DNA of 43,855 bases, from the NCBI GenBank assembly GCA_031370645.1, contig JANMQV010000199.1, positions 1 to 43,855 on the forward strand, read 5' to 3'. Shown here piece by piece: positions 27,433 through 35,113 of this stretch (its first letter is position 1; every line of letters starts with the position of its first letter). The stretch comes from Candidatus Eiseniibacteriota bacterium. Lineage in GTDB: Bacteria > Eisenbacteria > RBG-16-71-46 > SZUA-252. A program made the position numbers and the translations under genes. The notes under the pieces were generated by a model, which saw only the letters and a program-made list of their open reading frames with translations, did not search any database and was not told the origin of the DNA.

Positions 27433-28079
27433 GCGCGCGCGTTCGGCACGCCTTCGCCGAATCGGCGGCCGTCCTTGCGACCGTTGTGGAGCGCGACGCG
27501 GCGCTGATCGAACGGATGGCGCGCCTCGTCGCTTCCACCGTGCGGCGCGGGCGGACCGTCTTCTTCGTGGGAAACGGCGGGAGCGCGGCCGAGGCGCAGC
27601 ATCTCGCGACCGAACTGGTCGTTCGATTCGTCCGGAACCGGGGTCCGATCGCCGCCGCGGCACTCACGACCGATACCTCCGTGCTCACCGCGACGGGGAA
27701 CGACATGGGCTTCGATCAAATCTTCGCGCGGAGCGTCTCCGCGCTGGGACGCCGCGGCGATCTGCTCGTGGCGCTCACGACGAGCGGGCGCTCGCGAAAC
27801 ATTCTGACGGCGGTCGCCGCCGCCCGTGCTCGTGGTATGCGCGTCATGGGGATGACGGGCGCTTTGGGGCGTGCGTTCGCGCGGCGCTGCGACCTCTGCC
27901 TCGTGGTGCCGAGTCGCGTCACCGCCCGCATCCAGGAGGTACACCTTCTGGCGGGGCACCTCTGCTGTGAGGCGGCGGAGGAGGTGGCGCTTCGCCGCAC
28001 GAAGCGCGCGAAACGGGCCAAGGCGGCGAACGCCGCGAGGTCCGCCACGCCCACGAAACGGAAGAAGCGCCGCGCGTGA
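27429..28079 (+). CDS. gmhA: Phosphoheptose isomerase (SIS domain)
   Basis: GNGGSAAEAQH, LTTDTSVLTATGND, TSGRSRN, TARIQEVH; highly basic C-terminal tail. Confidence 0.9.
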   Translation: MSARVRHAFAESAAVLATVVERDAALIERMARLVASTVRRGRTVFFVGNGGSAAEAQHLATELVVRFVRNRGPIAAAALTTDTSVLTATGNDMGFDQIFARSVSALGRRGDLLVALTTSGRSRNILTAVAAARARGMRVMGMTGALGRAFARRCDLCLVVPSRVTARIQEVHLLAGHLCCEAAEEVALRRTKRAKRAKAANAARSATPTKRKKRRA

Positions 28080-28981
28080 TTACCGGCATCGTCCGCTCCA
28101 TGCGCGCCTATCAGTGGACGAAGAATCTCGTCCTCTTCGCGGGGCCGATCTTCACCCTTCGCATTCTCGATCCCTCGATCGCGCTTGCTTCGGTCGCGGG
28201 CTTCTTCGCCTTCTCGCTCGCCGTCTCCGCGGTCTACCTCTTCAACGACATCCTCGACGTGGAACGCGACCGGCTCCACCCGGAGAAGCAGAACCGCCCC
28301 ATCGCGTCCGGCGCCCTGCCGATTCCGGTGGCGCTCGTCGTCGCGGCCGTTCTGCTCGCGATCGGGCTCGGTTCGGCGGCGGCGCTCGGAACGCGCTTCG
28401 CGGCCGCCGCGGCCGCCTACGTGATTCTCACCGGAGCCTATTCGGTCGTCCTCAAGCGGGTCGTGATCCTGGACGTGACGGCCATCGCGACCGGATTCGT
28501 GCTCCGCGCTGTGGCCGGCGTGGAGCTGGTCCGCGACCGCACGCACCTCGGCCCGGAGAGCATCGCGATCTCGCCCTGGCTTCTCGTCTGCGCCTTCTTC
28601 CTCGCGCTTTTCCTCGCGACGGGGAAGCGGCTCCATGAACTCGAAACGCTGGAGCGCGACGCGGCGCGTCATCGCGCGGCGCTCGGAGCCTACACGCGCC
28701 CGCTCCTCGATCAGATGATCGCCGTCGTCACCGGCGCGACCGTCATCAGCTACTCGGTCTACACGATCTCGCCCGAGACGCTCGCCAAGTACCACGGCCG
28801 GCCCCTCTACCTCACCATTCCGTTCGTCCTCTACGGAATCTTCCGCTACCTCTATCTCCTGTACGCCGAGCACAAGGGAGGGAATCCCTCCGAGCACCTG
28901 CTCCGCGACCGGGCCACGTTGGTGAACGTGGTTCTCTGGTGTTGCGCGGTGCTCGCGATCCTCCTCTGGCCGGTGGCGTAA
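28076..28981 (+). CDS. UbiA-family prenyltransferase, decaprenyl-phosphate phosphoribosyltransferase-like
   Basis: MRAYQWTKN, YLFNDILDVERDRLHPEKQNRPIASG, GFVLRAVAG, FLATGKR, YGIFRY. Confidence 0.88.
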   Translation: MITGIVRSMRAYQWTKNLVLFAGPIFTLRILDPSIALASVAGFFAFSLAVSAVYLFNDILDVERDRLHPEKQNRPIASGALPIPVALVVAAVLLAIGLGSAAALGTRFAAAAAAYVILTGAYSVVLKRVVILDVTAIATGFVLRAVAGVELVRDRTHLGPESIAISPWLLVCAFFLALFLATGKRLHELETLERDAARHRAALGAYTRPLLDQMIAVVTGATVISYSVYTISPETLAKYHGRPLYLTIPFVLYGIFRYLYLLYAEHKGGNPSEHLLRDRATLVNVVLWCCAVLAILLWPVA

Positions 28982-28986
28982 CGCGC

Positions 28987-29946
28987 GTGGCCCGCGCCGC
29001 GAAGCCGCGCGCCTCGAGATCGAACGAAGGGCGCCGGACCGCGGATCCCACGCCCGCCGTCGCCGTCCGAGTCCACTGCCCCGGCAAAGTGAACCTCGGC
29101 CTCTGGATCCTGGGCCGCCGTCCCGACGGCTACCACGAGGTCGACACGATCCTCCAAAGCATCGATCTCGAAGACGAACTCGAGTTGGCGCGCTCCGACC
29201 GTCCCGGTTTCCGCTTCGTCGCGACGGGGCGTCCGATTCCGGGGCCCGGTCCCAACTTGGTGGAACGGGCCTGGGAGCTCCTCGTATCGGAGCGCCCCCG
29301 CCTCGCGAAGGAAGGCGTCGAGGCGCGGCTCCTCAAGCGAATCCCGGTCGGGGCCGGTTTGGGCGGCGGAAGCAGCGATGCGGCCGGCCTTTTGGCCGGC
29401 GCGAACGCGCTTTTCGACCTGGGGTTCGATTCTTCGGACCTGGAGGGGCTGGCGGCCCAACTTGGCTCCGATATCCCCTTTTTCATACGCGGAGGGACGG
29501 CCCGCGGAACGGGTCGGGGGGAGCGGCTTCGGCATCTCCGTCCGCTTTCCCCCACGTGGGGGGTGGTGGTCAGTCCACCTGTCGCAGTTTCAACGAGTTG
29601 GGCCTACGGACTCCTTAGAAACCGATTGACACTTCGGGGCTCTGCGGCTAGCATCCTGGCGTCTGCCGTGGCAAGTGGGGACGTGGGGGCCGCGGTAGAG
29701 GCCCGATTCAACGCGTTCGAGGACGTTGTCCTATCCCAAGTTCCCCTACTTGCGCGATTGAAGCAGTCGTGCGTCGCGGCCGGAGCCTGGGGTCCTCTCT
29801 TGTCGGGGAGCGGCTCGAGTCTCTTCACGCTGGCGCGAACGGAAGACGAGGCGCGTTTGGTGGCGAAAGCCATCGGCGCGTGTGATGCGGATGTCCGCGT
29901 CATGCGGACCCGAGAGCGCGGTGTCACGGTGGCGCGTACGATGTGA
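28987..29946 (+). CDS. ispE: 4-diphosphocytidyl-2-C-methyl-D-erythritol kinase
   Basis: PGKVNLGL, RPDGYHE, KRIPVGAGLGGGSSDAA, LGSDIPFF, LSGSGS; start uncertain. Confidence 0.95.
   Translation: MARAAKPRASRSNEGRRTADPTPAVAVRVHCPGKVNLGLWILGRRPDGYHEVDTILQSIDLEDELELARSDRPGFRFVATGRPIPGPGPNLVERAWELLVSERPRLAKEGVEARLLKRIPVGAGLGGGSSDAAGLLAGANALFDLGFDSSDLEGLAAQLGSDIPFFIRGGTARGTGRGERLRHLRPLSPTWGVVVSPPVAVSTSWAYGLLRNRLTLRGSAASILASAVASGDVGAAVEARFNAFEDVVLSQVPLLARLKQSCVAAGAWGPLLSGSGSSLFTLARTEDEARLVAKAIGACDADVRVMRTRERGVTVARTM
29626..29654 (+). promoter_or_regulatory. Internal sigma70 promoter within ispE
   Basis: Perfect TTGACA (29626-29631), 17 nt, TAGCAT (29649-29654), in a locally AT-enriched coding stretch. 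Confidence 0.65.
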
Positions 29947-30041
29947 CGCCGGTAAGCGGACCATCAGGTCCGCATCTGGGATCAGGGGATCCCATGGACT
30001 TCGAAGGATCGAGGTCCAGAACTCGAGGTGGGAACGACCGC

Positions 30042-30344
30042 ATGGGACTCGAGATCACCGAAGTTCGAATCTCGCTCAGGGACGACGACAAGCTGAAAGC
30101 TTTCGCGAGCATGACGTTCAACGACGCGTTCGTCATTCGTGGATTGAAAATCATCGAAGGGACGAACGGGATGTTCGTCGCGATGCCGAGCCGAAAGCGA
30201 CCGGACGGCACGTACCAGGACATCGCGCACCCGATCAACAACGATTCGAGGAAATTCATCGAGGATCGCATCCTCGACGAATACGAGAAGGAGCGGACGA
30301 AGACGCTGGACGGATCGCTCATCTCAGCCGGTCCCGTGACTTAG
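30042..30344 (+). CDS. spoVG: SpoVG family nucleic-acid-binding protein
   Basis: EITEVRI, KLKAFASMTF, IRGLKIIEG..GMFVAMPSRK, YQDIAHPIN. Confidence 0.95.
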   Translation: MGLEITEVRISLRDDDKLKAFASMTFNDAFVIRGLKIIEGTNGMFVAMPSRKRPDGTYQDIAHPINNDSRKFIEDRILDEYEKERTKTLDGSLISAGPVT

Positions 30345-30346
30345 GT

Positions 30347-30418
30347 TGGGGCGTCGGCAAGTGGTAAGCCAGGAGACTTTGGATCTCCCATCCGGAGGTT
30401 CGAATCCTCCCGCCCCAA
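30347..30418 (+). tRNA. tRNA-Gln(TTG)
   Basis: TGGGGCG/CGCCCCA stem, anticodon loop ctTTGga, GTTCGAATC; CCA not encoded. Confidence 0.93.
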
Positions 30419-30474
30419 CACCCTCGTCAGCGATCCGATTCCCGTTTCGGAAGTCTTGAATTAGAATGATGTGC

Positions 30475-30633
30475 TCCGAGGGCGAGAGCCTTCGGAAACG
30501 ACTCAAGGCAGTTTGGACCTCAAGATCCGCGGGCCCCGGAGGCATTGACCTCCGGCCCATCGAGCGCCTCCGGGCGTCTCGGGCCCGATTGGCGGAGGCC
30601 GCCAATCGCGCTTTGGGTCGTTTTCTGTTTTTC
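30475..30633 (+). other. Structured RNA / attenuator-like leader upstream of prs
   Basis: Several hairpins, a 10-bp stem (30586-30608) followed by a U-rich tract, and a 16-bp long-range helix 30494-30509 with 30610-30625. Confidence 0.5.
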
Positions 30634-30682
30634 AGGCGTGGCGTTTACGGGGGAATACTTGGCACCGACCATGGAGGAGGGG

Positions 30683-31696
30683 ATGACGGTGAAGCTGGCC
30701 ACCGATCGACGCGCGATACCGGTCACGCGTCCGGCTCCGGACGATCAGGGACCGCTCCCGGCGGAGCGCAGCCTTCGCCTCTTCACGGGAAACGCGAATC
30801 GGCCGCTCGCGGAAGCGATTTGCAAGCAGCTGGGGATCCAGCTCGGCGACGCGACCGTGAGCGAATTCGCCGACGGTGAGACGTCGGTCAAGATCAACGA
30901 GAATATTCGCGGTGCGGACATCTTCGTCTTCCAGCCGACGTTCGCGCCGGCGACGAATCTGATGGAGCTCCTTGTCATGATCGACGCCGTTCGCCGCGCT
31001 TCGGCGCGACGCGTGACGGCGGTCATTCCGTACTTCGGCTTCCAGCGGCAGGACCGGAAGGACCAGCCGCGTGTGCCGATTACGGCGAAGCTGGTCGCCA
31101 ATCTCATCACGACGGCGGGCGCGGATCGCGTGATGACGATGGATCTCCATTCGGCGCAGATTCAGGGATTCTTCGACATTCCGTTCGACCATCTCTACGC
31201 CGCGCCCGTCCTGGTGGATCACTTCATCCGCCTCGGGCTCAAGGATTTGGTCGCGATCGCCCCGGACATCGGGAGCGTGAAGATGGCGCGCGCGTATGCG
31301 AAGCGGCTCGGGGTGGGGCTCGCGGTGGTGGACAAGCGCCGGCCTCGTCCCGACGCCGTGGAGATGATGAACATCATCGGCGAGGTGGACGGGCTGAACG
31401 CGGTCATCTTCGACGACATCCTGAGCACGGGCTCCACCTTGGTGGAGGCGGCACGCGCGCTTCGCGACGCGGGGGCCCGGGAGATTTACGCGGCGGTGAC
31501 GCACGGAGTTCTCTGCGGCGACGCCATTCAGAGGATCACGGACTCCGCGGTGAGAGAACTCGTCATCACCGACAGCATCCCGCACGCCGCGGGAACGCTG
31601 CCGCCGAAGATCCGCATGCTGTCGGTCGCGCCGCTCTTGGCGGAGGCGATCCGCCGCATTCACGACGAGGAGTCGCTCAGCTCGCTGTTCATTTGA
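30683..31696 (+). CDS. prs: Ribose-phosphate pyrophosphokinase
   Basis: FADGET, ENIRGADIF, PYFGFQRQDRK, MDLHSAQIQGFF, APDIGS, DDILSTGST; SD GGAGGAGG before ATG 30683. Confidence 0.97.
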   Translation: MTVKLATDRRAIPVTRPAPDDQGPLPAERSLRLFTGNANRPLAEAICKQLGIQLGDATVSEFADGETSVKINENIRGADIFVFQPTFAPATNLMELLVMIDAVRRASARRVTAVIPYFGFQRQDRKDQPRVPITAKLVANLITTAGADRVMTMDLHSAQIQGFFDIPFDHLYAAPVLVDHFIRLGLKDLVAIAPDIGSVKMARAYAKRLGVGLAVVDKRRPRPDAVEMMNIIGEVDGLNAVIFDDILSTGSTLVEAARALRDAGAREIYAAVTHGVLCGDAIQRITDSAVRELVITDSIPHAAGTLPPKIRMLSVAPLLAEAIRRIHDEESLSSLFI

Positions 31697-31742
31697 CGCC
31701 AGTGCGGCGACGGAACACTTAGAAACCGGAAGGAGCAGTGGC

Positions 31743-32402
31743 ATGGCCATCGAAAGTCTGAAGAGCACGCGACGCGACGGAGTCGGAAAGGGCGTTGCGC
31801 GCCGTCTGCGGGAAGCCGGGAACGTTCCGGCGATCTATTACGGCCGGGGCGAAACGCCGGTCGCGATTTCGGTCCAGGCGAAGGAACTCGAACTGCTCCT
31901 TCACGGAGCGTCGGGCTCGAACGTCATCGTAGACCTGAAGGTCGAAGGGGCCGAAGCGGCCGACCGGAAGGCGATCCTGCGCGAGGTGCAGCGCCACCCG
32001 GTGCGGGGGACGATTCTCCATGTCGATCTCCAGCACATCTCGCTCAGCGAGCGGATCACCGTCGAGGTGCCGATCGTTCTCGTCGGCGTGCCGACGGGCG
32101 TGAAGGACGGAGGCGGCATTTTGGAGCACAACCTCCGAGAGGTCGAAGTGGAGTGCCTCCCGACCGAGATCCCCGAGAAGTTCGCGGTCGACGTCTCGCA
32201 CCTGAACATCGGCGACTCGGTGCACGTGAGCGACCTCGTGATCGGCAACGTGAAGGTGAACACCGAAGCGGAGCGTACGGTCGCGACGGTCGTGCCGCCG
32301 ACGGTGCTCGAAGAGGTGAAGCCGGCCGAGGGAACGCCGGCCGAACCGGAGCTTGTGAAGAAGGAGAAGGGCTCGGAAGAAGAGGGAGAGAAGGAAAGTT
32401 AA
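31743..32402 (+). CDS. rplY: 50S ribosomal protein L25/Ctc
   Basis: GKGVARRLR..G.VPAIYYG, VQRHPV, HVDL, GVKDGGG, IGDSVHVSDL. Confidence 0.96.
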   Translation: MAIESLKSTRRDGVGKGVARRLREAGNVPAIYYGRGETPVAISVQAKELELLLHGASGSNVIVDLKVEGAEAADRKAILREVQRHPVRGTILHVDLQHISLSERITVEVPIVLVGVPTGVKDGGGILEHNLREVEVECLPTEIPEKFAVDVSHLNIGDSVHVSDLVIGNVKVNTEAERTVATVVPPTVLEEVKPAEGTPAEPELVKKEKGSEEEGEKES

Positions 32403-32418
32403 CGAGGGAACGGTCGTC

Positions 32419-32991
32419 GTGGGGCTCGGCAATCCGGGTCCCGAGTACGCCGCCACGCGCCACAACGCCGGCTTCATGGCCTTGGACGCGCTGGCCGGGA
32501 AACTCCACCGGTTCGCCGGCTGGGATTCCGGCGGCGGCATGCTGCGGGGACATGGAAAGGCCGGCCGGTTCGAAGCGCTGCTGGCGAAACCGCAGCAGTA
32601 CATGAACCGGAGCGGACTCGCGATTCGCGCGCTGATGGCGGAGGGATGGCCGGCGGGATCGATTGTCGTGGTCTACGACGACGTCTATCTGCCGCTCGGA
32701 ACCCTTCGGCTGAAGCCCGGTGGCGGGCACGGGGGACACAACGGCCTCGAATCGATCGTGGAGGCGGCCGGGACGACGTCAATCCCCCGTCTTCGAATTG
32801 GAGTAGGACCGGCGCCCGCGTCGGCGGACTTGAAGGAATACGTGCTCGAGCCCTTCACCGGGGACGAGCGCGCGATCGTGCCCACCGTGATCGAGGCGGC
32901 CGCGCAGGCCGCGTACGACGCGGTGGCGCTCGGCCTCACCGAGGCCATGAACCGCTGGAACCGGTACGGCAAGGATCCGGTCGAAGCATGA
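32419..32991 (+). CDS. pth: Peptidyl-tRNA hydrolase
   Basis: GLGNPG.EY..TRHNAGF, KP..YMNRSG, YDD, GGHNGL, RLRIGVG; start codon uncertain. Confidence 0.95.
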   Translation: MGLGNPGPEYAATRHNAGFMALDALAGKLHRFAGWDSGGGMLRGHGKAGRFEALLAKPQQYMNRSGLAIRALMAEGWPAGSIVVVYDDVYLPLGTLRLKPGGGHGGHNGLESIVEAAGTTSIPRLRIGVGPAPASADLKEYVLEPFTGDERAIVPTVIEAAAQAAYDAVALGLTEAMNRWNRYGKDPVEA

Positions 32992-32998
32992 GGAGACG

Positions 32999-33370
32999 AT
33001 GAAGCTCTACGAAACCACGATCATCTACGACCCGAGTCTCGAGGAGACCCGGATCAACGAGGAAATCGACAAAGTGACGCAGCCGATCACGGCGGCCGGG
33101 GGCGAAGTGATCGACGTGCAGCGGTGGGGCAAGAAGAAGCTCGCCTACATCATTCGCAAGCGGCGCGACGGGACCTACGTGCACGTGAAGCACAAGAGCC
33201 CGCCGACGCTGATCGCGGAGATGGACCGCCGCTTCCGGCTGAACGAAAGCGTGCTTCGCCATCTGAGCATCATCGCGCCCAAGGACGAGCCGCTTCCAGA
33301 GGTCCTGCCCGGCGAGGGCGGCGAGCCCGACGCGATGGCCACGCCGGCTCCGGCCGTCGTCGAGGACTAG
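32999..33370 (+). CDS. rpsF: 30S ribosomal protein S6
   Basis: YETTII, WGKKKLAY.I, LNESVLR. Confidence 0.96.
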   Translation: MKLYETTIIYDPSLEETRINEEIDKVTQPITAAGGEVIDVQRWGKKKLAYIIRKRRDGTYVHVKHKSPPTLIAEMDRRFRLNESVLRHLSIIAPKDEPLPEVLPGEGGEPDAMATPAPAVVED

Positions 33371-33424
33371 CCGCGGAGCCGGAACGTCCGGGCCGCGACA
33401 AAGACGAAATCGAAGGAGGAATCC

Positions 33425-33667
33425 ATGGCGCGCGAGGGCGAATCTCGTTCGTTTCGACGCAAATTCTGCAAACTCTGCCTCGATAAGGTGGAGCGCATCG
33501 ACTACAAGGACGACCGGCGTTTGGCGCGGTTCATCACGGACCGCGGCAAGATCGTTCCGCGGCGCATCTCGGGAACGTGCGCGCGTCACCAGTCGCAGAT
33601 CACCGAGGCCGTGAAGCGGGCGCGCATTCTGGCGCTTCTTCCCTTCACGACCGACCAGTACCGTTAG
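33425..33667 (+). CDS. rpsR: 30S ribosomal protein S18 (zinc-binding form)
   Basis: [38 protein letters not shown]. Confidence 0.97.
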   Translation: MAREGESRSFRRKFCKLCLDKVERIDYKDDRRLARFITDRGKIVPRRISGTCARHQSQITEAVKRARILALLPFTTDQYR

Positions 33668-33670
33668 GAA

Positions 33671-34657
33671 GTGAATTCGGCCGCTGACACACCGCGGCCG
33701 GCCGCGTTCGCCGACGCGGTCCGGGCGACCGGCGCGATCCTGTTCGGAGCGGGGCTCATCCTGCTCGCGAGCGCCGATCTGCCGACGCCCCTGCCGTGGA
33801 CGTACGGGCTCCTGCCGCTGGCGCTCCTCTGGCTGACGCGGAAGGTCGGGCTCCTCTTTGGATCGCTGGCGGCCACGGCGACGGTCGGCGCGGTCTACGC
33901 CGGCGGAGTTCGCGAGCCCGCCCAGCTCTTCTTCGTCGCGATGCTCGCGATGGCGGGGCTCCTGCTCGCCGCGTGCGCCCGAAGGGGAGTGAAGGCTTCC
34001 GCGGCGCTCGCGCTGGCGGTGACGCCGATCCTGGCCGCCGCGGGGGGATACCTCCTCCTCGGCGGGATGCACGATCTGTCGGGGGTCTTGGCGGCGCGGC
34101 TTGAAGAAATCCGGAGACTGGAAACCGAACATCGTGTTTCTCAGACGCTCGGACTGACCGCGGGGGAGTTCCAGGCGGCGATCGAAGAGACGGCGCGGCT
34201 CTGGGCGATTCTCCTGCCGTCGCTCTTCGCTCTGAAGTGGGTCGTGGTGATGGCGATCAACTGCTGGCTCGCCTCGGTGCTCTTCCAGGCCGAAGACGGG
34301 TTCCCGGCGTTCGAGGCCTTCTCGACCTGGCGGGTTCATCCGGCCGCCGCATGGGTGATGGCCCTGGCGCTCGTGCTAATCGTGTCGCGGATGAAACCGG
34401 CGGTCGACGCGGGAGTGAATCTCGCCTTCCCGCTGGCGCTGGCCTACACGATTCAAGGATTCGCGGTGGCGCGCTTCACCGCCATCGCGTTCGAGATGCG
34501 CGGCGTCGTCCAGGTGGCGATCGCCCTGCTCGTGGTGATGATGCCGGTCCTCCTCGTGGCGTTTCTGGGGATCGGATTTTTCGACGCGTGGTTCGACTTC
34601 CGCCGCCGCATCGTGCTGGGGATCGACGATTCCCTCGGCACCGGCGACGGATCCTGA
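33671..34657 (+). CDS. DUF2232/YybS-family membrane protein
   Basis: Multi-TM protein ending GIGFFDAWFDFR; usual position between rpsR and rplI. Confidence 0.8.
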   Translation: MNSAADTPRPAAFADAVRATGAILFGAGLILLASADLPTPLPWTYGLLPLALLWLTRKVGLLFGSLAATATVGAVYAGGVREPAQLFFVAMLAMAGLLLAACARRGVKASAALALAVTPILAAAGGYLLLGGMHDLSGVLAARLEEIRRLETEHRVSQTLGLTAGEFQAAIEETARLWAILLPSLFALKWVVVMAINCWLASVLFQAEDGFPAFEAFSTWRVHPAAAWVMALALVLIVSRMKPAVDAGVNLAFPLALAYTIQGFAVARFTAIAFEMRGVVQVAIALLVVMMPVLLVAFLGIGFFDAWFDFRRRIVLGIDDSLGTGDGS

Positions 34658-34669
34658 TCGGAGGAGACG

Positions 34670-35113
34670 ATGGAAATCATTCTGCTGGAAGACATCACAG
34701 GACTCGGCAAGCGGGGCGCCACCGTGCGCGTCGCGGACGGGTACGCCCGCAACTTTCTGCTTCCGCGCCGGAAGGCGATCTCCGCGGTCGGAAACGCCCA
34801 GGCGGTCTTCCGCGATCGCGATCGCGCGCACAAGGGCCGCATCGATCGCGCCCGCCAGGACGCCGTCGCCGTGAAGGATCGGCTCGCGAAGGTGTCGCTC
34901 CAATTCGCGGTGCAGGTGGGCGAGGAAGAGCAGCTCTACGGCTCGGTGAGCGCCGCGGAAATTCACGATGCGCTCGTGGCGCAGGGCTTCGAACTCGAGA
35001 AGAAAGCCGTCCGGCTCGAGGAGCCGATCCGCGCGCTCGGCGCCTTCGACGTGCCGGTCCACCTCTTCGAGGATATCGAGGCTCCGGTCAAGGTTTGGGT
35101 CGTTCGTCAATGA
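34670..35113 (+). CDS. rplI: 50S ribosomal protein L9
   Basis: MEIILLEDI.GLG, VADGYARNFLLP, LYGSV, PIRALG. Confidence 0.97.
   Translation: MEIILLEDITGLGKRGATVRVADGYARNFLLPRRKAISAVGNAQAVFRDRDRAHKGRIDRARQDAVAVKDRLAKVSLQFAVQVGEEEQLYGSVSAAEIHDALVAQGFELEKKAVRLEEPIRALGAFDVPVHLFEDIEAPVKVWVVRQ

Noticed and set aside
28076-28981. UbiA-family gene as the DGGGP synthase completing an archaeal lipid pathway with GGGPS
   Set aside because: QWxKN, DRxHPxKxxRPIASG, GFVLR and KR motifs fit the decaprenyl-phosphate phosphoribosyltransferase subfamily better; a phylogeny would settle it.
30420-30682. Known PRPP (ykkC-type) or purine riboswitch before prs
   Set aside because: The conserved sequence blocks of those classes were not recognisable; reported as an unclassified structure instead.
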